The notes under the pieces are model-generated. The model did no database searches. It saw only the letters and a list, made by a program, of their open reading frames with translations, and was not told where the DNA came from. From Verrucomicrobiota bacterium (GTDB lineage: Bacteria > Verrucomicrobiota > Verrucomicrobiia > Methylacidiphilales > JBCCWR01), in assembly GCA_039193385.1 (NCBI GenBank), contig JBCCWR010000001.1, positions 7,755-71,754 of the forward strand: 64,000 bases of DNA, written 5' to 3'. Below, piece by piece: positions 24,684 to 34,119 of this stretch. The first letter of the stretch is position 1. Each line of letters opens with the position of its first letter. A program made the position numbers and the translations under genes.

Positions 24684-27452
24684 TTATTTATTAACTATTT
24701 CACCGACATGGGTAAGTAGAACTTCCAGAAATTGTTTTTTTCTAGTTGCTGGTAGCGTATTTAACATGGAGGCATAGTAAACGACTTTCCCTTCGCCCAG
24801 ATCCCCTCCTGGAGTGACGAGGGCGGCAGCATCTCCGATGTATTCGCCATCTCTTTTCACCATAGCCAAAGGCGTATAATCTACTGCATCCGGATAACTG
24901 CTTTTATGCATAAGTCGACTTGTTCTTGTTTTTGTACTTAAATTTTTCCAATTCCAATTTCTAAATTTATTTTTAAATAATTCCGCAAATTCCACAGTGC
25001 AATGACGGTCCCCTTTCTCACGAGATAGTTTAAAGCCAATTTCCGTTGAAGCTTGTTTTCCCTTTGCAGGTTGTTGTAAGGGATTACTACCTTCAGACAT
25101 GACCAAAAGGACGGCACCTTCTTTAAGGCAGCTTTTCACGTAATCATTAACCTCCCGCAGAGAAGAATCACCCGTTTTGTAACCATCATTACTCTGAGCC
25201 ATGAGAATAACCGATTTAGAAGGTCGATTTTGGATGATTTTACTCCAAGGCATAAAGCGAAGGTTTAATGCTGGAGCTACATTGTTTAACTCAACAGGTA
25301 GTTTTGTTAGTTGTTCAATATCCGCATAAATGGGAGTATTCCGGAATAAATCTTTCCATTTGGCCGTTACTTTTTCTGGGAAGAACTTGGGGTCTCTGTA
25401 ATAGTCTAATACCGACTGAGGTTCATACGTTACAGGTTCTGGAGTTATGTTGGGAAATGACACATCTTTGCCGGCTACAAGTTGACCAGCGAGTCCTGCA
25501 AGTCTCATATAAAAATCAGAAGGCATCCCTTCATAAGTGGTGAAGCGTCCTACGGGTGGATTATTCGTGCATTTGAAGATAGCCGTAGCCTCATCCACCT
25601 CATCAAACATGGCCACGTAAATCATATTGATGCCATATTGCTTAGCCAGTTCTGCCTGACGCCAGAAGAACTTACCTTGTAATCTAGGAACTAAGTTAAG
25701 TTGTGCTCCCGTCTTGAGATTGGCCCAACTAAATCCAGGATAAAGAACCGGGTAGTAATCGAGATCATGGGTTTTGCAGACTTCCAGGTCTCCAGTTACC
25801 ATTTCAGCAAAGAATTCTTCAGCCAACTCTGGAGAACGATACCTCCCCACGGTCCATGGGCTCACAACGCTGACATATTTCTTTACCAGCTCCATCCTTT
25901 CATCATCCCACTGCGCCCAGTCGTTATCAGGTAATCCGACCATGATGGTGCATCCGCCATTTTGAGGATCTTTCATAAACTTGAATAGTTTTTCAGCAGC
26001 GGCAGGATCCCAAGGGCGGGATTTATCCGCATAGCCCCAATAAGTGACTACGGGCGCGCCGCGGTGTCGCATATAAGCAGGGGTCTCTGTTATTTTCATT
26101 TTATGGTAGAGCAACTTCCAATCCTCTATCATCGCATTACATACCTCAGCACTGAAACTGACGTCATACATAACGGCAAAAGTACGCCCATAACGGTTAG
26201 CACCTTCACGACAATGGGATAATACAGCTATATCACCCGCGGTATGACGATGCCTGCCTTTCGACATGAAAGTGTTGCCAAAACGTTGCTTGAAGACTCC
26301 GTGTATCTTGTAGTCCTGCATCCATTTAAAATGCCGTAGAACAGTTTTTCTATTTTTAGAGCTGAAGACATAGGCAGGCGAACCATCGTTATACTTATAG
26401 TTTGTAGCGTATTTCTCATCATCATCCAATTCGCTCATATCGGGCCACAGGTCGACCGTGCATCGCGGAGGATCGTTGAGTACATTCCCCCAATGGACAA
26501 GCTTATCGGAGTATCCATCATCAGGATGGGCAAACCATCCCTGGTAACCGCACATAACTTTGTTGTACAAGGTGGTATTATCCTCTGGTTCCACTATAGG
26601 TCCAGAGTATGGAACCAGCAGTTCTTCAAGCGGCAGGATGGTGTGTTCGATATTAGTAGAAAGTGTTTGTACCGGGGTAGGTTCCGTGGTCTGAGCTGTA
26701 TCCGTAGCCTGAGTTGTATCCGTGGCCTGAGTTGTATCCGTAGCCTGAGTTGTATCCGTAGCCTGAGCTGTATCCGTAGCCTGAGCTGTATCCGTAGCCT
26801 GAGCTGTATCCGTGGCCTGAGCTGTATCCGTGGCCTGAGCTGTATCCGTGGTTTCAGGTTCTTTGGCTAAAGATACTATTTCGTAAGTCGTATCGGATGA
26901 AATGGGGGCTAGTGTATCTTTTGTATTAACAAGAGGGTCGACTTCGTCAGAAGTATCCTGAATCTCAATGCCTTTTTTGACGGCACGAGGTTGTACCAAA
27001 TTTTGTTCATCATGATCATCACTGCCAAAGGGAAAAAATAAATAAATGCCAGCGCCTAATATTGTCAGCAGGAAAAGAAGAGGAATGATTTTGCCCGAAG
27101 CACTCTCTTTCTTATGAACGGAGTATTTTGTATTTGAAGCTGGCCTGTTAGGTGGTCTGCTGGATATTTGAGTTGAAGCTGTTTGTGGAGCTGTAACCTT
27201 AGGTAATGGAGAAGAAATCTTGGTTACGAAGTATTGAACTCCGCATTGACATGAAAGTTCAGAGTTGAGGTGCTCTTGTGAAAGCTGATAAACCTGACCA
27301 CAATGATAACAGGTGACTTGCCAATGCACTAAGTCAGAAGCCCCCATTGCGTAAATGGTTTTTTCACAACTACATGTGTACCATTGACCTTCTGTTTGCG
27401 TGTCAAAGGAATAAATCGATTTACACTGGGGGCACTGTGATTCGTAAGGCAT
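24684..27452 (-). CDS. large membrane-anchored protein: two Cys-rich zinc-ribbon-like modules, TM helix, TDTAQA repeat linker, ~650-aa glycoside-hydrolase-like domain (function uncertain)
   Basis: N-terminus CPQCKS...CSC and CYHCGQ...CQC. Transmembrane helix IIPLLFLLTILGAGIYLFF. Nine hexapeptide repeats. The C-terminal domain begins VMCGYQGWFAHPDDG. 922 aa. Confidence 0.8.
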   Translation of the reverse strand: MPYESQCPQCKSIYSFDTQTEGQWYTCSCEKTIYAMGASDLVHWQVTCYHCGQVYQLSQEHLNSELSCQCGVQYFVTKISSPLPKVTAPQTASTQISSRPPNRPASNTKYSVHKKESASGKIIPLLFLLTILGAGIYLFFPFGSDDHDEQNLVQPRAVKKGIEIQDTSDEVDPLVNTKDTLAPISSDTTYEIVSLAKEPETTDTAQATDTAQATDTAQATDTAQATDTAQATDTTQATDTTQATDTTQATDTAQTTEPTPVQTLSTNIEHTILPLEELLVPYSGPIVEPEDNTTLYNKVMCGYQGWFAHPDDGYSDKLVHWGNVLNDPPRCTVDLWPDMSELDDDEKYATNYKYNDGSPAYVFSSKNRKTVLRHFKWMQDYKIHGVFKQRFGNTFMSKGRHRHTAGDIAVLSHCREGANRYGRTFAVMYDVSFSAEVCNAMIEDWKLLYHKMKITETPAYMRHRGAPVVTYWGYADKSRPWDPAAAEKLFKFMKDPQNGGCTIMVGLPDNDWAQWDDERMELVKKYVSVVSPWTVGRYRSPELAEEFFAEMVTGDLEVCKTHDLDYYPVLYPGFSWANLKTGAQLNLVPRLQGKFFWRQAELAKQYGINMIYVAMFDEVDEATAIFKCTNNPPVGRFTTYEGMPSDFYMRLAGLAGQLVAGKDVSFPNITPEPVTYEPQSVLDYYRDPKFFPEKVTAKWKDLFRNTPIYADIEQLTKLPVELNNVAPALNLRFMPWSKIIQNRPSKSVILMAQSNDGYKTGDSSLREVNDYVKSCLKEGAVLLVMSEGSNPLQQPAKGKQASTEIGFKLSREKGDRHCTVEFAELFKNKFRNWNWKNLSTKTRTSRLMHKSSYPDAVDYTPLAMVKRDGEYIGDAAALVTPGGDLGEGKVVYYASMLNTLPATRKKQFLEVLLTHVGEIVNK
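26691..26852 (-). repeat. 9 tandem copies of an 18-bp in-frame repeat (encodes TDTAQA/TDTTQA)
   Basis: On the plus strand CTGAGCTGTATCCGTRGC is repeated head to tail with only 1-2 variable positions per unit. It lies inside CDS 24684..27452. Confidence 0.95.
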
Positions 27453-27636
27453 TTGCTTAAAAGTAAAATATTATTTGTAGGACAAAAAAAGTAAACTTTT
27501 TAGTTATAATTCTCCGAACACCAAGAGCAATTTTAGTAAAAATGCCATAGATAACCTTGGAATAGTTCTAAAATTACTACATTTTTGCTGTACTCTATAG
27601 AAAGTCGTATTATAAAAGTTATCATAATCTATTACT

Positions 27637-28230
27637 ATGAGTAGGCTCGATAAACAGACCGTGTTGGTCCTAAATCGAAATTGGCAGGCGATCAATACCC
27701 AGAGCCCTAGAGAGTCGTTTGGACAGATGGCTACAGATGTAGCGACTGCGCTCGACATTACGGCTGACTCCATGATTCCAACGAAGTGGAACGACTGGTT
27801 AAAATTACCTATTCGAGAGCAAGATGATTTTGTCGGCACAGTCAGCACGAAGATTCGCATTCCCACAGTGCTTGTTTTAGCAAGGTTTGCCCGTGTTCCT
27901 GTGCGGCGTCCAGCGCTTGGTATGGATGGTATCTGGCAAAGGGATAGAGGAATCTGTCAATACACAGGGCGCATGCTCAAGCGGCATGAGGGTAATATAG
28001 ACCATGTGATTCCCAGGTCGCGCGGAGGCGATACGTCATGGGAGAACTGTGTTTTGGCAGATAAAAGGGTGAATAGTAAAAAAGGGAACCGATTGCCTTC
28101 AGAAGCTGGGTTGCGGCTTTTGAATAAACCACAAATGCCTTTAGATGTGCCTGTTACGGCTTTACTGAAAAATTTGCATGGTATCCCAGACTGGGACTGT
28201 TTTTTGATTCATAAAAATAATAGAAGCTAA
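27637..28230 (+). CDS. HNH endonuclease family protein
   Basis: DHVIPRSRGGDTSWENCVLADKRVNSKKGN is an HNH motif. 197 aa, with an uncharacterised N-terminal domain. Confidence 0.85.
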   Translation: MSRLDKQTVLVLNRNWQAINTQSPRESFGQMATDVATALDITADSMIPTKWNDWLKLPIREQDDFVGTVSTKIRIPTVLVLARFARVPVRRPALGMDGIWQRDRGICQYTGRMLKRHEGNIDHVIPRSRGGDTSWENCVLADKRVNSKKGNRLPSEAGLRLLNKPQMPLDVPVTALLKNLHGIPDWDCFLIHKNNRS

Positions 28231-29156
28231 AAATAAGTAATAGCGCGCTCGATTAGCCGGGTACGTCTCGCTTCTTCTCGAAAAATTTCACCATCTCCGC
28301 CATCTTGGTTAACTTGAGAAAATTTACTTATTTCTTTTTTCACCCAGTTTCCTTTTTGATCGTCTCTGTAAGTATAACGAACTCCTGAAAATACTTCATT
28401 ACCAATACCGTCTGTCTTCCACTCGATCATTCTACCCTTTCCATCATATTGGAAGTAATCGTAGACCAAACTGCCTCTTGTTGTCTTGAGTGTTTGTTCG
28501 ATAAAGCCATCCTCATCGTAATAAAATTCAGTTCGTTCATGTAGGTTGTTGTTTTCAAATCCGTTTACAAGGGTGAGTTTCAGGTCGGTATCGTAGTAAT
28601 ATTGATAACAGAAGCCTTCATTGCCGGAAGCATCGTAGTTAATACGTTCATTTAATAAGCCTGTTTCAGGATTGATCACTACATTGACTTGCATATTTAG
28701 TTTAGAGTCTGGTCCCGTAAATTCTTCGCGGATACAATGCCCCGAAGCATCATAAAAGCTCTTTTCTATTTTTATTAACTTATCATCTTGGGTTTGAGTT
28801 ATGATTTCATGAAGTTGATGCTGTTCATCATAATGAAAAATCTGTTTGGTTTTATATCCGGCGAGATCATAAAGGGTGCGTTCCTTAATTTTACCATGCT
28901 TGTTTAATGCAATTATCTTTCGCTGGCGTCTAGTGGAGTCGTCTGAAAAATCCGTCTCGTAGTAGACTAATTTTCTCACGGATCCAGTTAGATCATGAAT
29001 ATCTCGCATAGCATAATCTTCCAGGCCCTCTGGCACGAGGACAGGCACACGATGGATAGCGGCAAGGCTTAGGAGTTTGTCAGGCTGGGAGCTTTTTTTT
29101 GAACAGCTAGAGAAAAGAACTACTAGTAGACAATGGCAAATGATCTGAAGGCGCAT
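28227..29156 (-). CDS. lipoprotein with YD-like repeats
   Basis: Lipobox LFSSC. Repeated x-Y-D-x-x-G modules are present: FYDASGH, NYDASGN, YYDEDGF and QYDGKGR. Confidence 0.6.
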   Translation of the reverse strand: MRLQIICHCLLVVLFSSCSKKSSQPDKLLSLAAIHRVPVLVPEGLEDYAMRDIHDLTGSVRKLVYYETDFSDDSTRRQRKIIALNKHGKIKERTLYDLAGYKTKQIFHYDEQHQLHEIITQTQDDKLIKIEKSFYDASGHCIREEFTGPDSKLNMQVNVVINPETGLLNERINYDASGNEGFCYQYYYDTDLKLTLVNGFENNNLHERTEFYYDEDGFIEQTLKTTRGSLVYDYFQYDGKGRMIEWKTDGIGNEVFSGVRYTYRDDQKGNWVKKEISKFSQVNQDGGDGEIFREEARRTRLIERAITYF

Positions 29157-29208
29157 TTGCCAAAATTACATTATAAAAGTGACCGTAGTGTGGCGAAAAG
29201 AATTGTGA

Positions 29209-30048
29209 TTACACAAATTCGACTTCGATTTTTTCTCCAATAAGACCTGCTTCATACCCCTTATCAAGAAAAAGTTGAACCGCTTTTCTGCCTCTCTCAC
29301 CATAATCAAGGGTAAGATCATTGACATACATACCAATAAAACGGTCTGCTTTTTCATGATCAAGCCCACGGCCTAGAGGCAATGCGTGTTTGACGCCATC
29401 GTCACGATTTTCCAGGCCATAGCTGATGCTCTCAGTTAATATTTTGGAAAGTTCTGTGATGGCTTGCTCTCCAAGGCCACGCCGAATGGCGTTGCCGCCC
29501 AGAGGCAGAGGTAGTCCCTCCGTCAATTGATTCCACCATTGGCCTAAGTCCTCAGAGACGACAAAACCCTCATCGGCATAAGTAAGTTGACCTTCGTGAA
29601 TAATAACACCGACATCCGCTTTGCCCGACTTGAGTGCATCAAATATTTCATCAAAAGGAACAACCACCGTGTCGAGCTCCGCATCGGCTTTATCGAGGTA
29701 GAGTTGTAGCGCTAGAAAAGCACTGGTCATTTTTCCTGGTACGGCGATGCGTTTGCTAAGCAGTTCTTGTTTAAGAAATTTCTTTGGGCCGACTATCATA
29801 GGACCATAGTTATCTCCCATGCTTGCACCGCTGGAGAGAAGCGCGTAGTCCTGAGCTAGTGTGGCATAAGCATGAATGGAGACGGCCGTGACGTCTAGTT
29901 CGACTTTTCTGGCACGTTCGTTAAGAGTCTGGATGTCTTGCAGGATGTGTTCAAACTCGTATGAGCCAGTGTCAATTTTATGCTCCGCTAGAGCATAAAA
30001 CATGAAGGCGTCATCTGGGTCAGGGCTATGTCCAAGAGTAATATTCAT
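29209..30048 (-). CDS. MqnA/MqnD family protein (futalosine-pathway menaquinone biosynthesis; most like MqnD)
   Basis: LGHSPDPDDAFMFYAL, IIHEGQLTY, GLPLPLGG and VNDLTLDYGERGRKAV parallel Thermus MqnD as I recall it. Confidence 0.7.
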   Translation of the reverse strand: MNITLGHSPDPDDAFMFYALAEHKIDTGSYEFEHILQDIQTLNERARKVELDVTAVSIHAYATLAQDYALLSSGASMGDNYGPMIVGPKKFLKQELLSKRIAVPGKMTSAFLALQLYLDKADAELDTVVVPFDEIFDALKSGKADVGVIIHEGQLTYADEGFVVSEDLGQWWNQLTEGLPLPLGGNAIRRGLGEQAITELSKILTESISYGLENRDDGVKHALPLGRGLDHEKADRFIGMYVNDLTLDYGERGRKAVQLFLDKGYEAGLIGEKIEVEFV

Positions 30049-30113
30049 AATGTGTTGATGCGTCTCTTACTTAGAGAGCAGTAAGTGAATCACTTTTTAA
30101 CAGAAATACAAAT

Positions 30114-30344
30114 TTAGATATAATCTTTACTCTCAATGGATAGAGGTGCTCTAGAAGCCAGGAATTCTGCTTGAGTAATAACGGCTTGATGGGTGGTATC
30201 AAAGCGGTAAGCGCTGCAGTTGGGGCATACGGGTGACTTGGCGACGACAATGGAACCACAACATTCACAGACCTTATAATTATTAGGCGAGGATTTGATT
30301 TTCCGCGCTGCTTCTACGCGCTCTGCTATCTGTGGTTGACTCAT
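30114..30344 (-). CDS. small zinc-ribbon protein
   Basis: 76 aa from the ATG at 30344, with CECCGS...CPNCS. The longer track ORF (to 30476) adds an unlikely N-terminus. Confidence 0.5.
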   Translation of the reverse strand: MSQPQIAERVEAARKIKSSPNNYKVCECCGSIVVAKSPVCPNCSAYRFDTTHQAVITQAEFLASRAPLSIESKDYI

Positions 30345-30477
30345 AGTTATTGCAAAATCGATATTCGTATTAAGATTATTTAAATTGTTAGCGAAATAAG
30401 ACCAATCATAAATAAAGTTCAGTAATGGATGAATCTCAAGAAAAAATCGAGGCAAAATACAATTTAATTGCTGCATT

Positions 30478-31974
30478 CTAGGGATTTAACTTGGAGGGTA
30501 TAAGTCGGCCGGCTTTATCGGAGTGATCAGAAGCTTCCTCATGATACTCCGCGTCCGTGTTGACACGCCACAGGTCAAAGCTGTTTTCATTCTGCTTACT
30601 AAGATTTCTGGCTGCTAGCAGCGCCGTCATCATGGAATGGTCTTGGTTGTTATATTTATGCATGCCATTGCGGCCAATGACCTGAAGGTTATCTAATTTA
30701 GCGAGTTGTTCGCGGATGATATTAATATTCTCCTGATAGCCTGGATCATAGACAGGATAGGCTTTTTCCATTCTCACGACACAACCGTCGAAAACGTCTT
30801 TTTCATCGACTAGACCCAATTGGGAAACCTCTTTCTTGCCTAGATGAATGAGATCTTCATCCGCCATAGTCCATAATCCGTCCCCTTCAAAACAGAAGTA
30901 TTCCAGTCCGATACAAGTTGTATTTGGTTCAGGCACAAGCTCCTGGCTCCAGTTATTAAAGTTCTGGATGCGTCCTAACTTGACGGAAGGGTCGTGTATA
31001 TAAATCCAATTGTCGGGGAAAAGGTTTGTTTTACGCACCATAAGGGCAACGGTAAGAAAGTCGCGGTATTTCAGCTTACGGGCGGCTTGGTTGACAGATT
31101 CCGCAAGAGGCGGCTCAAAAGCTAGCACAGTCTCCCGCAGGGGTATGGAGATAATAAATGAATTTGCTTCTACCGTATGTTCTGTTCCATCCTCTTTGAG
31201 GAAGGTGATGCTGGAAATAGACTTAGCAGTCGTACTTTCTCTATTAATACGGGTAATCTTGGCATTCATATGCACCGAACCACCGGCTGAGATGATATCA
31301 TCCCGCGTTTTTTCCCACATCATACCAGGACCAAGACGAGGATACTCAAACTCATCAATAAGTGTTTTGATGACAGAGCCATCCTTAGAAGGCATCTGAG
31401 GTAATAAAGCATTCAGAACTGCTTTGATTAGAGATAGACCTTTAATGCGTTGCGCTGCCCAATCTGCGCTGATTTCTTCACAAGGAAGGCCCCAGACTTT
31501 TTCCGTATAAGTTTTGAAGAAAATATTAAATAACCTTTTTCCAAAGCGGTTAGTGACCCAGTCCGCAAAAGATTTTTCCGGACGTATGGGAAAAAGTCGG
31601 GCTTTGATATAACTAGCCACACAAAGAAAGCTTGTGAAGATACCTAGATTCAAAAGTGCATTCGAAGCTTTGAGTGGATAGTCAAAAAATTTCTTACGGT
31701 AGAATATTCGCGAAAGACGTTTAACTCGGATGAAATCATCCGGTAGACGCTTGCGCCACCAGTCTGTGATTTCACTGCTCTTGCTGAAAAATCGGTGTCC
31801 GCCAATATCGAATCGATAGCCTTTATATTCGACAGTGCGGGAGATGCCGCCCACATAAGAAGGGTCTTTATCATAAATTTCAACTTGCATGCCATGTTCT
31901 TGGCATTCAGCGGCAGCTGTGAGTCCTGCTGGTCCTGCGCCAGCTATAATAATTTTAGAAGTTTGTTTAGACAT
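30478..31974 (-). CDS. NAD(P)/FAD-dependent oxidoreductase (amine oxidase/UDP-galactopyranose mutase-like fold)
   Basis: From Met23 of the track ORF it reads MSKQTSKIIIAGAGPAGLTAA (Rossmann GxGxxG). The start overlaps the upstream gene's stop by 8 nt. Confidence 0.8.
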   Translation of the reverse strand: MSKQTSKIIIAGAGPAGLTAAAECQEHGMQVEIYDKDPSYVGGISRTVEYKGYRFDIGGHRFFSKSSEITDWWRKRLPDDFIRVKRLSRIFYRKKFFDYPLKASNALLNLGIFTSFLCVASYIKARLFPIRPEKSFADWVTNRFGKRLFNIFFKTYTEKVWGLPCEEISADWAAQRIKGLSLIKAVLNALLPQMPSKDGSVIKTLIDEFEYPRLGPGMMWEKTRDDIISAGGSVHMNAKITRINRESTTAKSISSITFLKEDGTEHTVEANSFIISIPLRETVLAFEPPLAESVNQAARKLKYRDFLTVALMVRKTNLFPDNWIYIHDPSVKLGRIQNFNNWSQELVPEPNTTCIGLEYFCFEGDGLWTMADEDLIHLGKKEVSQLGLVDEKDVFDGCVVRMEKAYPVYDPGYQENINIIREQLAKLDNLQVIGRNGMHKYNNQDHSMMTALLAARNLSKQNENSFDLWRVNTDAEYHEEASDHSDKAGRLIPSKLNP

Positions 31975-32704
31975 TTTCAGTATAATAATAGGCGAAGCCA
32001 CGAACGCGCTGATAGTGAACGTAGCCGCTAAGACCTTCAATAAGAAAGTCGGGCGACAGTTTGGCCATCGGTGTGCTAAGGGCAGTAGATAGTTTTTTTG
32101 CGAACGCTAAGTCATTGTGAGCCACCATCGTTGTGGCAGGGTTTGGGAAACTCGTGATTTCATCCAGGGAAATTTCACGAGGCTCTCCTGTTGAAACTTT
32201 GTTTAATATAAGATCATGTAGCGTAGTGAGAAGGTTGTAGCGGGGGGAATGATGAAGCCAGTGAAAGACTTCATACTCGGTAACACAGGATAATTCTTTT
32301 TTGTCAAAAAATGTTTTCTGTATCCACCCCTTTATGCCTTTACGCTCATTAAAATCTTTAAAGCCTCTTTTAATTCGGCCTGCACGAAGTTTATTTCTTT
32401 TAACACCCTCTTTCAAATAAGAGGGAAGCTTACCGGTATTTTTTTGTGGGTTTAATCCCATGCGATATTCCTCAGGCATAACGTCGCCTTCGTAGCCTAG
32501 CACTTTAGTAAGGCCTTCCGGAGTGCTTGCTTCCTGGATAAGTTCTTCAGTGGCATCGCCAATGATGGATGTATTAATGGCAACTCGGTATGCTTGCAAA
32601 GACAAGTACATCATAAACACTACCATGCTTGGAGAGTTCAAGGCGTTTGACAAGATCAAAGACAATGGTGATGGTAAGAAGTTGTGTTTCGTATCTGAAC
32701 TCAA
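31967..32704 (-). CDS. hypothetical protein
   Basis: A 245-aa ORF that is first in an apparent minus-strand operon. No family was recognised. Confidence 0.5.
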   Translation of the reverse strand: MSSDTKHNFLPSPLSLILSNALNSPSMVVFMMYLSLQAYRVAINTSIIGDATEELIQEASTPEGLTKVLGYEGDVMPEEYRMGLNPQKNTGKLPSYLKEGVKRNKLRAGRIKRGFKDFNERKGIKGWIQKTFFDKKELSCVTEYEVFHWLHHSPRYNLLTTLHDLILNKVSTGEPREISLDEITSFPNPATTMVAHNDLAFAKKLSTALSTPMAKLSPDFLIEGLSGYVHYQRVRGFAYYYTENV

Positions 32705-32716
32705 TGAAGTAATACG

Positions 32717-33181
32717 ATGAGTAAGAAATCTCCGAAAATAGCCAAGTTAATCGAAAATTGTCACCGCGAAGGCCTTGACCCTCACTATGTCGGTTATTTT
32801 CAATGTTTTAATCAAGAACTCTACTATGAAGCGCATGATGTTTTGGAGGAGTTATGGCTACAAGAAGGGAAACAAGGAGAGAATTATGCGTATTACAAGG
32901 GCCTCATTCAGGCAGCTGGAGCCTTTGTTCATATGCAAAAGCATGATCAGTTTCCCCAACATAAGACACATGGCCGGCGGCTCGAGCCTGCATCCCGTTT
33001 GTTAAAGTTGTCACTAGACAATTTAGCAGGATATGGTGACGAATATTTGGAGTTTGATCTCAAACAATTTCGAAAACTGTGCCAGCATTACCTTGATCAG
33101 CTTCTGGAGAGGTATTGCAAAGTAAATCCCTGGACTAGAGGCAGTGGGCCAAAATTATCCCTAGTCGAAAGGAATGCTTGA
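32717..33181 (+). CDS. DUF309 domain protein
   Basis: FQCFNQELYYEAHDVLEELW...YYKGLIQAAGAFVH is typical of DUF309. Confidence 0.7.
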   Translation: MSKKSPKIAKLIENCHREGLDPHYVGYFQCFNQELYYEAHDVLEELWLQEGKQGENYAYYKGLIQAAGAFVHMQKHDQFPQHKTHGRRLEPASRLLKLSLDNLAGYGDEYLEFDLKQFRKLCQHYLDQLLERYCKVNPWTRGSGPKLSLVERNA

Positions 33182-33201
33182 GCAAGAAACTCTTTACCCT
33201 T

Positions 33202-34026
33202 CTAAGATTTTTGGCTCAGAACAATTTCAATACGTCGATTCTTGGCCTTATTCTCCTTCGAGTCATTAGGAGCTATAGGTCTTTGCTCGCCGTAGCCCAC
33301 AGCCGTGAGCTTTTCACTGGGAATACCACAGACTTCGCTCAGATAGCGTACGGCTGCAATGGCACGAGCCGCAGAAAGATCCCAGTTGGAAGGAAAACGA
33401 AAAGTATTAATGGGCACATTATCAGTATGTCCTTCGACGCTAATAATTTGATCATCTTCGCCAGCAAGAGCGAGAGCGACCTTATCAAGAACGTCTTTTC
33501 CTTCTTTGCGAAGGGTTGAAGAGCCAGAGTTAAAAAGAATTTTGCTCGCTACATTGACAGTTAATTTGTCTTTGAGGCGAGAAATCAGTACATCCTGGCT
33601 TTCTACTGTCTTACGTAATTTTTCTTCCAGAGAGGCTTGAGTCATTTCGCTCTCTTTCATCTCTTTTTCGAACTTTTTACGCTGTTCTTCAAACAGGGAG
33701 CGTTCTTTGGTTAATTTAGTCTCGGTGGCGGCAATTTGCTTTTTCAGACGCTCTTCGCGTGCTTTAAGGATTTCGGCTTGCTTGGAGGCTTCTTCGAGTT
33801 TAGAGCGTTCTCCCGTAAGGATTTGCGTAAGTTCATCATTCTGAAGATTAAGATTTTCGATAGCGACCTTGAGTTTATCAAGTTTTGTCTCGAGTTGGGT
33901 GATTCTATCCTCCCGTTCGGATAGCAGTTCAGCCTTTTTTGATCCATCATAAAAAAAGTAAAGACCAGCGAGTATGAGGACGATGATAATAACAGCTACC
34001 AGAGCGGTTTTAGCAGTATTGTTCAT
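33202..34026 (-). CDS. OmpA/MotB-family protein with N-terminal TM helix and coiled coil
   Basis: C-terminus VEGHTDNVPI...SNWDLSAARAIAAVRYL...GYGEQRPIAPNDSKENKAKNRRIEIVL. Confidence 0.8.
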   Translation of the reverse strand: MNNTAKTALVAVIIIVLILAGLYFFYDGSKKAELLSEREDRITQLETKLDKLKVAIENLNLQNDELTQILTGERSKLEEASKQAEILKAREERLKKQIAATETKLTKERSLFEEQRKKFEKEMKESEMTQASLEEKLRKTVESQDVLISRLKDKLTVNVASKILFNSGSSTLRKEGKDVLDKVALALAGEDDQIISVEGHTDNVPINTFRFPSNWDLSAARAIAAVRYLSEVCGIPSEKLTAVGYGEQRPIAPNDSKENKAKNRRIEIVLSQKS

Positions 34027-34119
34027 AACTCGCGAGTCTAATTAGGGTCGTCTAAAATGCAATCACCGAAACTTGTTCCAGCTAGCTGTAGAATAGTTTT
34101 CTGAATAGATAATACGGAC

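Noticed and set aside
26691-26852. Considered whether the 18-bp tandem array could be a CRISPR array or a non-coding satellite.
   Set aside because: The units are directly abutting with no spacers. The array is in frame within a long ORF and encodes a sensible TDTAQA stalk. No cas genes are nearby.
27504-27866. A 120-aa minus-strand ORF spanning the spacer and the 5' end of the HNH gene.
   Set aside because: It overlaps the well-supported HNH CDS on the opposite strand and has no motifs or sensible start context.
27637-29156. The HNH endonuclease plus the adjacent YD-repeat lipoprotein, considered as a possible defence or toxin-immunity module.
   Set aside because: The two genes are convergent, with a 4-nt overlap of their stops, so they are not co-transcribed. 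No methyltransferase, ATPase, Rhs core or toxin tip is present. This ~190-aa HNH family is a common stand-alone housekeeping-type gene.
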